Part shown: piece by piece, positions 17,901 to 26,522 of the stretch | Layout of the letters: each line of letters starts with the position of its first letter | How positions within the stretch are numbered: position 1 is the first letter of the stretch | NCBI GenBank assembly: GCA_023485545.1 | Contig: JAMCZI010000005.1 | Coordinates: 967-64,966 of the forward strand | Direction: 5' to 3' | DNA from: Candidatus Marsarchaeota archaeon | Lineage (GTDB): Archaea; Micrarchaeota; Micrarchaeia; Micrarchaeales; Micrarchaeaceae | Length of the DNA: 64,000 bases | The notes under the pieces: model-generated | Databases searched by the model: none | The model's input: only the letters and a program-made list of their open reading frames with translations | What the model was told of the DNA's origin: nothing | Made by a program: the position numbers and the translations under genes

Positions 17901-18500
17901 GTGTCAGCAGTGAAGTTAGGTGTAACTTACACCTCCGACAGGAAAGCCATAATCAAAGCATTGTCCACAATTCCCTGTCTCAAGATATTGGATAAAGGGA
18001 CAATAATGAGATACTCAATTGCCGAATCTAATGAACGCGTAAAGCGTACAATTGAGCTAGGCAACGTGATTAGGGTAGTTGCAGAGTACAGCGATTATAA
18101 TCTACTGAGGCAGATAAGAATTAAATCACTGATTTATGCGTTGTCTATTGCATCATTTCTATCAGATTATATTAAAATAGACGTTTCTTCAGCATACTCC
18201 GAAATATTGGATCTTATGTTGCCTGAGATCATGCGCAACGATCAAATATCCACGGATAATAAGGATACTGTACTGCAAGAAGTATCTAAATCAAATTTTA
18301 TCCTATCGCAAAAACTTGTAGAAGCGGTTTCGCTTTTCGAAGCAGCTGAACAAAAAGCAAGCATGCTGCATTCTGCAACCATAAAGCTTTACGGCTGGCT
18401 GCAAAAGAACGTAAGCCAAACAGGCCAGAATGCACCAGCAGATACAAATGCTGCAGGCCTCTCAGATGAAGAGTTGGAACTAGTATTGGGTGGCTTATAA
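17901..18500 (+). CDS. Hypothetical soluble protein of the cluster
   Basis: 199-aa ORF (GTG start) with an acidic C-terminus DEELELVLGGL and no recognisable motif. Coding status is inferred from operon context and tight spacing. Confidence 0.45.
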   Translation: MSAVKLGVTYTSDRKAIIKALSTIPCLKILDKGTIMRYSIAESNERVKRTIELGNVIRVVAEYSDYNLLRQIRIKSLIYALSIASFLSDYIKIDVSSAYSEILDLMLPEIMRNDQISTDNKDTVLQEVSKSNFILSQKLVEAVSLFEAAEQKASMLHSATIKLYGWLQKNVSQTGQNAPADTNAAGLSDEELELVLGGL

Positions 18501-18502
18501 AA

Positions 18503-19357
18503 ATGAACAGCGTTAGGTTACTTATTGTTGTATGGGCGATAGGTGCCTTATCAATAGCCGCCATAATATATGCAAATGGCAATCTTTCAATAAGGTGCCA
18601 ACTTGTATGTCCCTCTTCTATACACCGCTCTGGTAACGCTATAACTTTTAGGCTGCCACGCATTGGTAATGCATCTCAAGTAAAAACCTTGACATTACTA
18701 TATTCTGGCGGCGCAATAATTCTAAACCCAAACAAAAGCGGCGTGTTTGGACTAAAATCTCCAGAATCGCCAGGAGTATATAGTGCTAACCTGTCTTACG
18801 CTGGCGCTAATCTTTTCTCAATATCCTTTGCATACCTTGGGGGCTTAGAATACATACCGTATGTACTGATTGGCGTGTCAATCTTTGCATCAATCGCTTC
18901 AATCTCGGAATATGTATCATCCCTTTCGGATTTTGAATTTTATGTTGGGGATTCGGTATACGATAACGTCGCCCCCTACTCATCCAATGAAATCGAGATT
19001 GAGAGAGCTATCGATATCATAAGGCTAAGGAAATCATCAAAACACGAAAAAATAGGATTTTCAGAACTTCTATTCATGATGCGTGGGATGCATGATTTTC
19101 GTGTTTCACCAAGTGAAGAAATTGTTAGGTACATGATATCCTCTGCAGAAGACAAACACATATGCGATAACTACGACAGACAACCTTCATTTAATTATGG
19201 TGAACTTTATTACGTCATTAAAGAGAGATGTCCTACAACAAATTTTAAACTAATATCTGGTCTTAAAATCCAAGAAGGAAGGAAGCGTTTCCCTAAACAC
19301 AGGCTCCTGTCAACTAGAGTAATTGCAATGATAAATGAAGGTGCCGCGAATGCTTGA
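18503..19357 (+). CDS. Two-TM membrane protein with ~90-aa external domain and ~140-aa C-terminal domain (unknown function)
   Basis: 284 aa starting 2 nt after the previous stop. N-terminal TM LLIVVWAIGALSIAAIIYA and second TM YIPYVLIGVSIFASIASI. Confidence 0.5.
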   Translation: MNSVRLLIVVWAIGALSIAAIIYANGNLSIRCQLVCPSSIHRSGNAITFRLPRIGNASQVKTLTLLYSGGAIILNPNKSGVFGLKSPESPGVYSANLSYAGANLFSISFAYLGGLEYIPYVLIGVSIFASIASISEYVSSLSDFEFYVGDSVYDNVAPYSSNEIEIERAIDIIRLRKSSKHEKIGFSELLFMMRGMHDFRVSPSEEIVRYMISSAEDKHICDNYDRQPSFNYGELYYVIKERCPTTNFKLISGLKIQEGRKRFPKHRLLSTRVIAMINEGAANA

Positions 19358-19538
19358 ACTAGGCAGATACGTAATCAAATCCGCTTTTGTGGTTTCAATG
19401 TTGTCCTTGATAACCTCAATTATAGTATACTCAGTTTCGCTTTCATCAAATGACAAGATTATTAGAAGAATATCAATAAGCATGTCGATTAGTGTGGCAC
19501 TGCTACTCTTCTTTATATTTGCGTACTACCTGGTGTGA
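19350..19538 (+). CDS. Small 2-TM membrane protein (VirB3/CedA2-like size class; speculative)
   Basis: Track ORF 19335..19538. ATG 19350 is preceded by AGGTG (19338..19342). Two hydrophobic segments flank SSNDKIIRR. Confidence 0.4.
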   Translation: MLELGRYVIKSAFVVSMLSLITSIIVYSVSLSSNDKIIRRISISMSISVALLLFFIFAYYLV

Positions 19539-19540
19539 AA

Positions 19541-19834
19541 ATGTTGGATATGGTGAGAAGATTTTATGGAAAACCGAAGGCAAGCGATAATATGCTACTG
19601 CCAGCCTGTTCGGCAATTATTGCATGGGCTTTAGCTTATACTGTGATGCCAGGCAAAGGTATGGCACCTACCTTATTTGATTTTATGCCTCCGGCAGCGA
19701 TATCGATTCCGCTATACGCATATTTGAACATAAAAAGTATACGCGGCCCAGATTCCCGCATTTTTTCCATTGCACTGTTACTCCTCACGTCTATAGTAGT
19801 AATAGCCGCGGTGATATTCAATGGAACACTATAA
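19541..19834 (+). CDS. Small membrane protein (2-3 TM)
   Basis: Track ORF 19535..19834 (GTG). ATG 19541 is preceded by GGTG. It overlaps the downstream ATPase gene by 14 nt. Confidence 0.4.
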   Translation: MLDMVRRFYGKPKASDNMLLPACSAIIAWALAYTVMPGKGMAPTLFDFMPPAAISIPLYAYLNIKSIRGPDSRIFSIALLLLTSIVVIAAVIFNGTL

Positions 19835-22076
19835 TCGTTCTAACTTTTTAGTAGAATCAGTGCCAAATGCGCAGATTGACATTGCAGGGATGTTGCAGGC
19901 AATAGGTGGCCGCACATTTTGCTTAATCCACGATTTTTTAGAAAGGCGAACGTATATTGAATTTTATTGCGATGACGTCGACCAAAGCACGACCATAATT
20001 AAAAAAATTGTACCTGGAATCTCACTTTCCCATGCAGATGTAATTACGATTGGAGAAATGCGTACAAAAGTCCTGTGCCTTTACAAGCAACCCTCTGGTA
20101 CCAGCTTCTTTAGCGAGTCGTTTTCATACTTAAGCTCTTCGAAGCTTTTCGTCTTTTTTATACCAGTGGATCAGATAGCGCTGCACTTGCGTAAGACTGA
20201 AATCGGAAAGCTGTTAAGCAAGGTAGAAGAAAAAGGAACATCTTCCGTGGCTGGCTCTGTGTTCAGTAAGCAGATAAGCACATCTTTACACACTGGCAAC
20301 TATAATGGTAGAGAAGAAGTTGAAATTCTTCGGACTATATTAGAATCTCTAGAAAATTCAATTATGAATGGATTGCCTGCATACAAGGTATATGCCTGCT
20401 TTGACAGCAGAGAGAAATCCATCCTAAATTATGTATCATCAAACTATGCCATAATAAGCAGCTTTGAGTTTGATTCGAGAGGTGATGATGCCCTGCTTCA
20501 TGAACTCGAGAAGTTCAATAGCCTTCCATTCGGGCTTCAATATTCAAAAAACTTCATCTCATTTCCGGTATCTCAAATAAAATACGTAGCTAAGACTGCC
20601 CCTCCTGCTACTTCGGGCAGAATATTGCTTGGCGAGTATGTCAGCAATGGTGCATTCCCAACTGGCGTAGCTGTGCATACTGAAGCCTCAGCATTAAATC
20701 TTGGACTGATCGTTACTGGTATGCCAGGTACGGGGAAGACCTCAGCTGTAATGAATATATTAGAGAGCGTAAGTAGGAATTCCGATGCCAGGATAATCAT
20801 AATATCTCCAACAAGAGAGTGGCGGAAATTTGGGGAGTTGGTAAAGGCAGATGTAATCGACTTGAATAATCCCTCATTAAGGATGAACCTATTCGGTTGC
20901 CCTGACGGATGCTCGGTTTCAAAGTTCTATGAGAACCTTGCCATGGTGCTTTCGCACGCCTCTGCAGCCGGCCCTTACCAGAAACCGCTTGAGAAATGCC
21001 TGCTTGATGCTTTTGAAGGCTTCAAGGATACGAACAATCCAGATCCACTAGAAGTATACAATGCAATAGAAGATTCAGTAATAAGACTGCACGGCAAGAG
21101 GACAAATACTGGCGTAAAGTATACAAAACATGGAGAGAACATCCATTCTGCAGTGGAAGATTTGCGGTTAGTACTAAGGCGCACACAGTTCAGGTCCAGA
21201 GCTGGAGTGGATATATACAATTCACCGAGCCGAAACATTATATTTGACATATCATCGTACGGCTCTCTTGCTATGAGCTACCTATACGCTGTAATACTAA
21301 ATCAGATATATTCGATAGCCGATTCAATGGATGAAATTGGAGAGGACAAGCTCCGATTGGTAGTTTGCCTTGAGGAGGCGCAATTGATATTCGGAGAAAG
21401 ATCGAAGGAGAATGATGCAGCTTTGCGCGATATAAAGAACAGGATACAGGATTTTCGCAAGAAGGGAATCGGATTGGTACTCATAACGCACAATGTATCC
21501 GATATAAATTCCGGAGTGCGTAGCATGTGCCAAACGAAAGCGTACTTCAAGCAAGCGCCTTCAGAGGCGGATAAAGCTGCTTCAGACTTGGTATTCTCTT
21601 TTTCGGAGAAGGAGAGCATAATCACAATGCTGACGCACCTTGAAAAAAGGGTCTTTGCACTTAATTATGTATTAAAACAAGAAGGTAATATGATAACTCC
21701 AGATTCTATATTCGTAAGATCCTTAGATTCATCATTCTCTAGAGTTTCTAAGCATGCGGATTCATCGGTGCCGTTTAAAGCAGTTTCAGAGGAACAGCTT
21801 ATAGAGTGCAGCATCTCATTAGCTTTTGACCCCGATAACACTGCCAAGCATAAAGGTGCTGAAGATCAAATAATTCCTGTCATCGTAGATTTCGGTATCG
21901 AGATTAAATGCGCACGGCAAATCGGAAATTCATACGCTGTAAGGCTTTATAAGCTGCAACGCTATTGGCTCTCTCTGCGCAATAGGAAAGGCGTAGAACT
22001 TTACGGTTCGTACATTCTCGCTGCAAAGCAAGTAACAGCCAGACTGGGCCAGTCCGGTATGGAAATCATTTACTGA
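19821..22076 (+). CDS. Large P-loop ATPase, HerA/FtsK/VirB4-VirD4 superfamily, with ~280-aa N-terminal domain
   Basis: 751 aa. Walker A LIVTGMPGTGKTS, Walker B RLVVCLEEAQLIF, then KKGIGLVLITHNVSDI. No TM segment of its own. Confidence 0.7.
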   Translation: MEHYNRSNFLVESVPNAQIDIAGMLQAIGGRTFCLIHDFLERRTYIEFYCDDVDQSTTIIKKIVPGISLSHADVITIGEMRTKVLCLYKQPSGTSFFSESFSYLSSSKLFVFFIPVDQIALHLRKTEIGKLLSKVEEKGTSSVAGSVFSKQISTSLHTGNYNGREEVEILRTILESLENSIMNGLPAYKVYACFDSREKSILNYVSSNYAIISSFEFDSRGDDALLHELEKFNSLPFGLQYSKNFISFPVSQIKYVAKTAPPATSGRILLGEYVSNGAFPTGVAVHTEASALNLGLIVTGMPGTGKTSAVMNILESVSRNSDARIIIISPTREWRKFGELVKADVIDLNNPSLRMNLFGCPDGCSVSKFYENLAMVLSHASAAGPYQKPLEKCLLDAFEGFKDTNNPDPLEVYNAIEDSVIRLHGKRTNTGVKYTKHGENIHSAVEDLRLVLRRTQFRSRAGVDIYNSPSRNIIFDISSYGSLAMSYLYAVILNQIYSIADSMDEIGEDKLRLVVCLEEAQLIFGERSKENDAALRDIKNRIQDFRKKGIGLVLITHNVSDINSGVRSMCQTKAYFKQAPSEADKAASDLVFSFSEKESIITMLTHLEKRVFALNYVLKQEGNMITPDSIFVRSLDSSFSRVSKHADSSVPFKAVSEEQLIECSISLAFDPDNTAKHKGAEDQIIPVIVDFGIEIKCARQIGNSYAVRLYKLQRYWLSLRNRKGVELYGSYILAAKQVTARLGQSGMEIIY

Positions 22077-23439
22077 TCAGGTACTCGCTTATGCGCTTCT
22101 GCATCATTATGTCGCGCAGTATCTTGCAGTTCCTTATCCAGTCTTTCAGCGGTATGTCCATCTTCGACCTTATGAAGCTGAACAGCTCTTCGGATGTGTT
22201 CATCACCACCGGCTTCATCGTGAGCGCTTCTCTGACATGCTCCCTCACATTCCATACGCCTACGGGCATAAGGTAACCCTCATGGACTTCCCTGAGTATC
22301 ATCACGCGCCCCTGTCCATGCATTTCGCTGAGCTTTTCGGTAACAGCAAGCCTTGCGGCATAATAGCATCCCCCTATTTCGGCATATGTCTTCCTTCCCC
22401 TGTACCCTTCATAAGAAGAGTATATCGATATGTCCTTCCCGTTCTCGTTCCACACCGTTTTCGGGTACCACGCCTCCGCTGATTCATATTCCCAGTTGCC
22501 CGGCATGAATATTATGAGCCAGCGATTATCCAGCGATACGTGGTAAAATGCGTAAATTGCATCAAGGCTTTCGAATGATTTTACATCCTTCAGCAAGTTT
22601 TTCGAAAGCGTGTCATCAACAGCTGTTATGCTCCATCTTGTTGGGACGAACTTCCTTGATTTTCCTCTGCCAAGCGTGCCAGCTGAAAGCGCCTGCTGGA
22701 TTTTTGACACTGGAATGTTGTTTTCGTATAGCTCTATGAGCGAAGTAGTGGCAGTTGCATCTGTGTCGCTGTACGCTTTCTCAAGCTTTCTGTCAGCCTT
22801 GACGTTGTAGAGATCCATAGTCTTCATTATGGCGCTTGGCCCAAACGGCTGCACCTCATCGTTGAAGCTCAACTTTACGAATGGTTTCTTGCTAAAATTC
22901 AGCTCTGCTTCCGCCGGCCTCTCTGCAAGTGCAAGATCTCTTACCATCTCCTCCATGCGCCCTTTCTCAACGTTGTCGACTCTTGTGAGGTGCATGCCCC
23001 TGACTAGCTTTGACCTGTAGCTTACTATGCTTGGAATCGAGAGGTTCCTCCACCTCTCCGGTGTCCCGAGTATGGAAGTGTCGCCGAAAGTGGGCGGCAC
23101 CATCGGGCCTATGAATACCTTTGGATAGCCGAACCTTCCTACAAAAACATCAGTTGGAGAAGAACCCGCGAGCTCAAGCTTGTCTGTCGCAGGCATCATC
23201 TTGACCCTGTAGTAATAGCGCAGCAGCGCCGGGTCGCGCATGTGCCTGTACACTATGTCTGATCGCTTGACGCCGGGGCTGGACTCGTTGAGCTCGTTTA
23301 TGAGGTTCTTCCTGGTCTCGCCTCCAAGCATGCAATCACTACCCTTTCTCAATTCAGATTTATAACCATTTTCAGCATCCGAAACAAGCCATTTTCTTGT
23401 AGAGCTGAAAGAAATATACGCATTATCATACAAAACCAA
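22066..23439 (-). CDS. nreA: Archaeal Nre-family DNA repair protein
   Basis: 457 aa. VFVGRFGYPKVFIGPMVPP matches the conserved GYPxVxxGP block of Nre (DUF650/DUF651) proteins. The true start may be the internal MLGGETRK. Confidence 0.7.
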   Translation of the reverse strand: MVLYDNAYISFSSTRKWLVSDAENGYKSELRKGSDCMLGGETRKNLINELNESSPGVKRSDIVYRHMRDPALLRYYYRVKMMPATDKLELAGSSPTDVFVGRFGYPKVFIGPMVPPTFGDTSILGTPERWRNLSIPSIVSYRSKLVRGMHLTRVDNVEKGRMEEMVRDLALAERPAEAELNFSKKPFVKLSFNDEVQPFGPSAIMKTMDLYNVKADRKLEKAYSDTDATATTSLIELYENNIPVSKIQQALSAGTLGRGKSRKFVPTRWSITAVDDTLSKNLLKDVKSFESLDAIYAFYHVSLDNRWLIIFMPGNWEYESAEAWYPKTVWNENGKDISIYSSYEGYRGRKTYAEIGGCYYAARLAVTEKLSEMHGQGRVMILREVHEGYLMPVGVWNVREHVREALTMKPVVMNTSEELFSFIRSKMDIPLKDWIRNCKILRDIMMQKRISEYLISK

Positions 23440-23441
23440 TC

Positions 23442-24539
23442 ATGGAAATAGACGGATACATAAAGAGAAGGCTCAAGTCTCTGTTTAGCGATTCTGGGCT
23501 TGACGCTGTATTAATAATGAATACAGCAACAAAAGACAGCAATTTCACATACATGACGGATTTTTCTAGCGGCGTTTTCGAGGATACAATCCTTCTTCTC
23601 TTTCCAGATGGGGAAAAATTGCTTGTAAATAAGCTGGAGCGGGAGATAGCGCTGGAATCAGCACCAAAAGTTATGGAAGTTGTAAGCGCAGACACCTCTG
23701 AGGAGCTTGCCTCACATCTTAAAAAGGACCTTAAAGGGCTGAATGTCGGCTTTAATGCGAAATTCCTGCCCTATTCGTACTATGCTGCAATAAGGAAGCT
23801 AGCAAAGCCGAAGCGCATGGTAGATGTCGGCAAGTTCTTCTCAAAGCTCAGGACAGTAAAGGATGAGTATGAGATAAGCAGGATAAGGAAGGCGAATTCG
23901 ATTGCAAAGCGTGCTTTCAGCGAGATACCCACATATTTTTCGGCAGGGATTACGGAGAGGCAGCTCGCTGCCAAGTTCGATAGCCTTATGCTCGATGCAG
24001 GAGCTACCTCGCCATCTTTCGACACAATAATATGCTTTGGCAAGAATTCGGCCCTGCCGCACCACTCACCCGACAATTCAAAACTCAGGGAGAACAGCAT
24101 AATACTGATTGACGCGGGAGCAAAGTGGGCCAACTACTGCTCCGATCTAACCAAGAGTTTCTTCTTCAAGCCCCAGAAAGCCAGCCCCACATATGCTGGG
24201 TTTGAGGAGATGTATTCGGTTGTAGAGGAGGCGCAGGCAGAAGCATTGGCGGCGATAAAGGCGGGAGCAGCAGCGTCTTCGCCTCACATAACTGCGGAGA
24301 ACGTCATAGATAAAGCATATGGTGGCAAATATGCAGGCAAGTTCATACATGCACTAGGCCATTCAATAGGGATAGAGGTGCACGACGAGTCAATGATATC
24401 CCTATCCCCCCGCTCAAAGGAAATTTTATCAAAAGGAATGGTATTCAGCGACGAGCCTGGCATATACGTGGTTGGAAAGGGAGGCGTGCGTCTCGAGGAA
24501 GATGTCCTTGTCGGGAGCGGAAGCTCATCCATCCTTTAA
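23442..24539 (+). CDS. pepQ: M24B family Xaa-Pro dipeptidase/aminopeptidase
   Basis: Pita-bread metal-ligand contexts LIDAGAKWANYCSDLT, HALGHSIGIEVHD, SDEPGIY and VRLEEDVLV. Confidence 0.8.
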   Translation: MEIDGYIKRRLKSLFSDSGLDAVLIMNTATKDSNFTYMTDFSSGVFEDTILLLFPDGEKLLVNKLEREIALESAPKVMEVVSADTSEELASHLKKDLKGLNVGFNAKFLPYSYYAAIRKLAKPKRMVDVGKFFSKLRTVKDEYEISRIRKANSIAKRAFSEIPTYFSAGITERQLAAKFDSLMLDAGATSPSFDTIICFGKNSALPHHSPDNSKLRENSIILIDAGAKWANYCSDLTKSFFFKPQKASPTYAGFEEMYSVVEEAQAEALAAIKAGAAASSPHITAENVIDKAYGGKYAGKFIHALGHSIGIEVHDESMISLSPRSKEILSKGMVFSDEPGIYVVGKGGVRLEEDVLVGSGSSSIL

Positions 24540-24570
24540 AATAAAAAAAAGAAAAAGGGAAAAAAGCCCA

Positions 24571-24948
24571 TCAAACTTCGTGGCTTATTCCGCTTCCTAT
24601 TATCCCAAGGATGAAAGCAACTATCGTCACTATGTACATCGGGAGGTTCCCAAAGGTTAACGCAACCAGTGAGAATCCCACAGCGACTGTTGCGCACGCT
24701 GCTGCGTGGGAAAGGTGCTCATGCGGCATCAGCAGGGTTCCAAAGCTTATAAAGAACAGCGAAACCGAGCCTATTATAGCCGCTGCATAGAAGAGTGGAA
24801 GCCACAAAGCCGCTCCAGACCATCCTGCTGCGCTGTAATTTCCTGATTGTGTGAAAGCCAAGCCCAAGAATATCAGGCTCGCTATCAGCATCAGGACAAA
24901 TGCTCCATAGCGCATGTTATCATTTCCGTGTTTTGCCGTTTTTGCCAT
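24571..24948 (-). CDS. Small integral membrane protein (4 TM), unknown function
   Basis: 125-aa hydrophobic ORF. A T-rich tract lies downstream on its strand (24540..24570). Confidence 0.5.
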   Translation of the reverse strand: MAKTAKHGNDNMRYGAFVLMLIASLIFLGLAFTQSGNYSAAGWSGAALWLPLFYAAAIIGSVSLFFISFGTLLMPHEHLSHAAACATVAVGFSLVALTFGNLPMYIVTIVAFILGIIGSGISHEV

Positions 24949-25055
24949 ATTATCACTATTTAAAGATGATAATTAATGCTTTTAAACCTAACTACACTAT
25001 CGTGTATATGCATATACATTTTATACGTGATTACAAGGTAAGATAAGATCACGCA

Positions 25056-26036
25056 ATGCACCTTTTCCGTGCAAAACAAGATATAAATCTATCCCTGCAA
25101 TCTATATTCATGGGAATTCTCAACCAGATGCCTCCTTACAACCTTTTCGGGCTGGAGCGCCAGGATTATTCAGTTTCACGCATAGCTGCATTTCCGATAC
25201 CATACGATTCTACTGTTACTTACAGGTCTGGGGCGCGCGATGGGCCTGCCGCGATAATAAGCGCAAGCAGAAATCTGGAGCTTTACAACCATGAGCTAAA
25301 TTTCACACTTCCAGAAACATTCGTGTTTACAATGGAGTCAATGGCGCCGGATCTAAACTCTCCAGAAGGCATGATAAGGAGGATAGAGAAAGAGGTCGGG
25401 ATAGCTGTTGATGACGGAAAGGTGCCCTTCCTTATAGGCGGCGAGCATACTATTTCATTGGGAGCAATACGGGCTATAGCATCACGCTCTGACGTTTTCA
25501 GCATACTGCACCTAGATGCGCATTCGGACTCAAGGGATGAAATATTTGGCACTAAGAACTCGCATGCATCCATCATGGCCCGTGCACGTGAAATAGTGCA
25601 ATCAAGCTACAGCGTTGGAATACGCAGCATTGATTCTGAGAGCATGGCGCTCTACGGAAAGGACATGCTCTTCATTGATGAGATTCACAGGGCAGGGATA
25701 CAAAAGTCTGCAGAAACCATCCTCAGCAGGCTCGGCAAGCGCGTTTATGTCACAGTTGACCTTGATGTCCTTGATCCGTCTGAGATGCCGAGCGTAGGCA
25801 CTCCAGAGCCAGATGGACTTCATTATGCTGAGCTGCGCCACATCCTCAGCTCGGTGTTTTCAAAACGCGAGATAGTAGGGTTTGACATAACAGAGCTTTG
25901 CCCGATACCCGGAATTGTTGCGCCTGATTTCCTCGCAGCCAAGTTGGCTTATTCGATGGCATGCGATCTTTACAAATCATCAGAGCCAAGAAAAGCTGCT
26001 GGAAAAACAAAGCATTCAGGAAAGAAAAAGCTCTGA
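25056..26036 (+). CDS. speB: Agmatinase (arginase/ureohydrolase family)
   Basis: GGEHTISLG, LHLDAHSD and VTVDLDVLDPSEMPSVGTPEPDG metal-binding motifs. The real start may be the internal ATG at 25110. Confidence 0.8.
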   Translation: MHLFRAKQDINLSLQSIFMGILNQMPPYNLFGLERQDYSVSRIAAFPIPYDSTVTYRSGARDGPAAIISASRNLELYNHELNFTLPETFVFTMESMAPDLNSPEGMIRRIEKEVGIAVDDGKVPFLIGGEHTISLGAIRAIASRSDVFSILHLDAHSDSRDEIFGTKNSHASIMARAREIVQSSYSVGIRSIDSESMALYGKDMLFIDEIHRAGIQKSAETILSRLGKRVYVTVDLDVLDPSEMPSVGTPEPDGLHYAELRHILSSVFSKREIVGFDITELCPIPGIVAPDFLAAKLAYSMACDLYKSSEPRKAAGKTKHSGKKKL

Positions 26037-26058
26037 AAGCTGTTTCCAGCATGCGCGT

Positions 26059-26514
26059 TCAGAATATTGACGATTTCCTCCTTATCTCTGCAGCAATTTC
26101 TGCAAGGCTTGAGTCGTCCGCCCTAGGCCCGTGCAATGTAGTTATGAAGCCAGGGTACGATTCAAAACTGGCTTCCCCATCCGCTATAACGCTTCCCTCC
26201 TCCTTGAACCCTATTGCAGGGTACAGCTTGGCGTGAAGGTGGTCGACTTCGGTGCCTTCCAGCGCCATGTGCACCCTCTTTACCCCTAATCCCTTCTCAA
26301 GTATCTTTGCGACCCTCTTGGTTGAGCTCATGAATTCCGAAAGCGTAGTGTCATCCAGATCAAAGGCGTAGCTCGGTATATGGCGCTTCGGTATAACCAG
26401 CGACTGGCCTTTAATATTTGGGAACGCATCGAGTATGCCGAGGTAGTTCCTGTCCTCGTATATCTTGTAGTGCTTCGCACCGCCGTACGCTATTTCGCAG
26501 AATATGCATTCCAT
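26059..26514 (-). CDS. HIT (histidine triad) family nucleotide hydrolase/transferase
   Basis: 151 aa. CIFCEI N-terminus and DHLHAKLYP triad region (degenerate HxHxH). Confidence 0.7.
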   Translation of the reverse strand: MECIFCEIAYGGAKHYKIYEDRNYLGILDAFPNIKGQSLVIPKRHIPSYAFDLDDTTLSEFMSSTKRVAKILEKGLGVKRVHMALEGTEVDHLHAKLYPAIGFKEEGSVIADGEASFESYPGFITTLHGPRADDSSLAEIAAEIRRKSSIF

Positions 26515-26522
26515 GAAACCAC

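Larger units (their letters stand above)
14661..22076 (+). other. Nine-gene co-directional cluster: candidate VirB2/VirB6/VirB4-like (Ced/Ted/conjugation-type) membrane apparatus
   Basis: Nine plus-strand ORFs with junctions of -22 to +25 nt on track coordinates. They encode two HerA/FtsK/VirB4-class ATPases plus five membrane proteins. Composition is markedly lower in G+C than the flanks. See findings. Confidence 0.5.

Noticed and set aside
16754-22076. Interpreting the two ATPases as type IV pilus/archaellum assembly ATPases (PilB/FlaI/VirB11 class) serving the prepilin-like proteins elsewhere in the window
   Set aside because: Their Walker B regions (FVDEAWKLL, CLEEAQLIF) and following blocks fit the HerA/FtsK/VirB4 class. 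They do not fit the secretion-ATPase class with Asp/His boxes. No FlaJ/PilC-like platform or prepilin peptidase gene is adjacent.
14600-22080. Calling the AT-rich cluster an integrated mobile element, plasmid or provirus
   Set aside because: No integrase, recombinase, relaxase, replication gene, capsid-like gene, flanking tRNA or direct repeats could be found by eye. Only composition and T4SS-like content point to foreign origin, so it is reported as a cluster and finding, not as a mobile_element feature.
25027-25055. Inverted repeat CGTGAT...ATCACG immediately upstream of the agmatinase ORF as a regulatory hairpin
   Set aside because: It has only a 6-bp stem with a large loop. The true start codon may be further downstream (25110), and there is no supporting motif.
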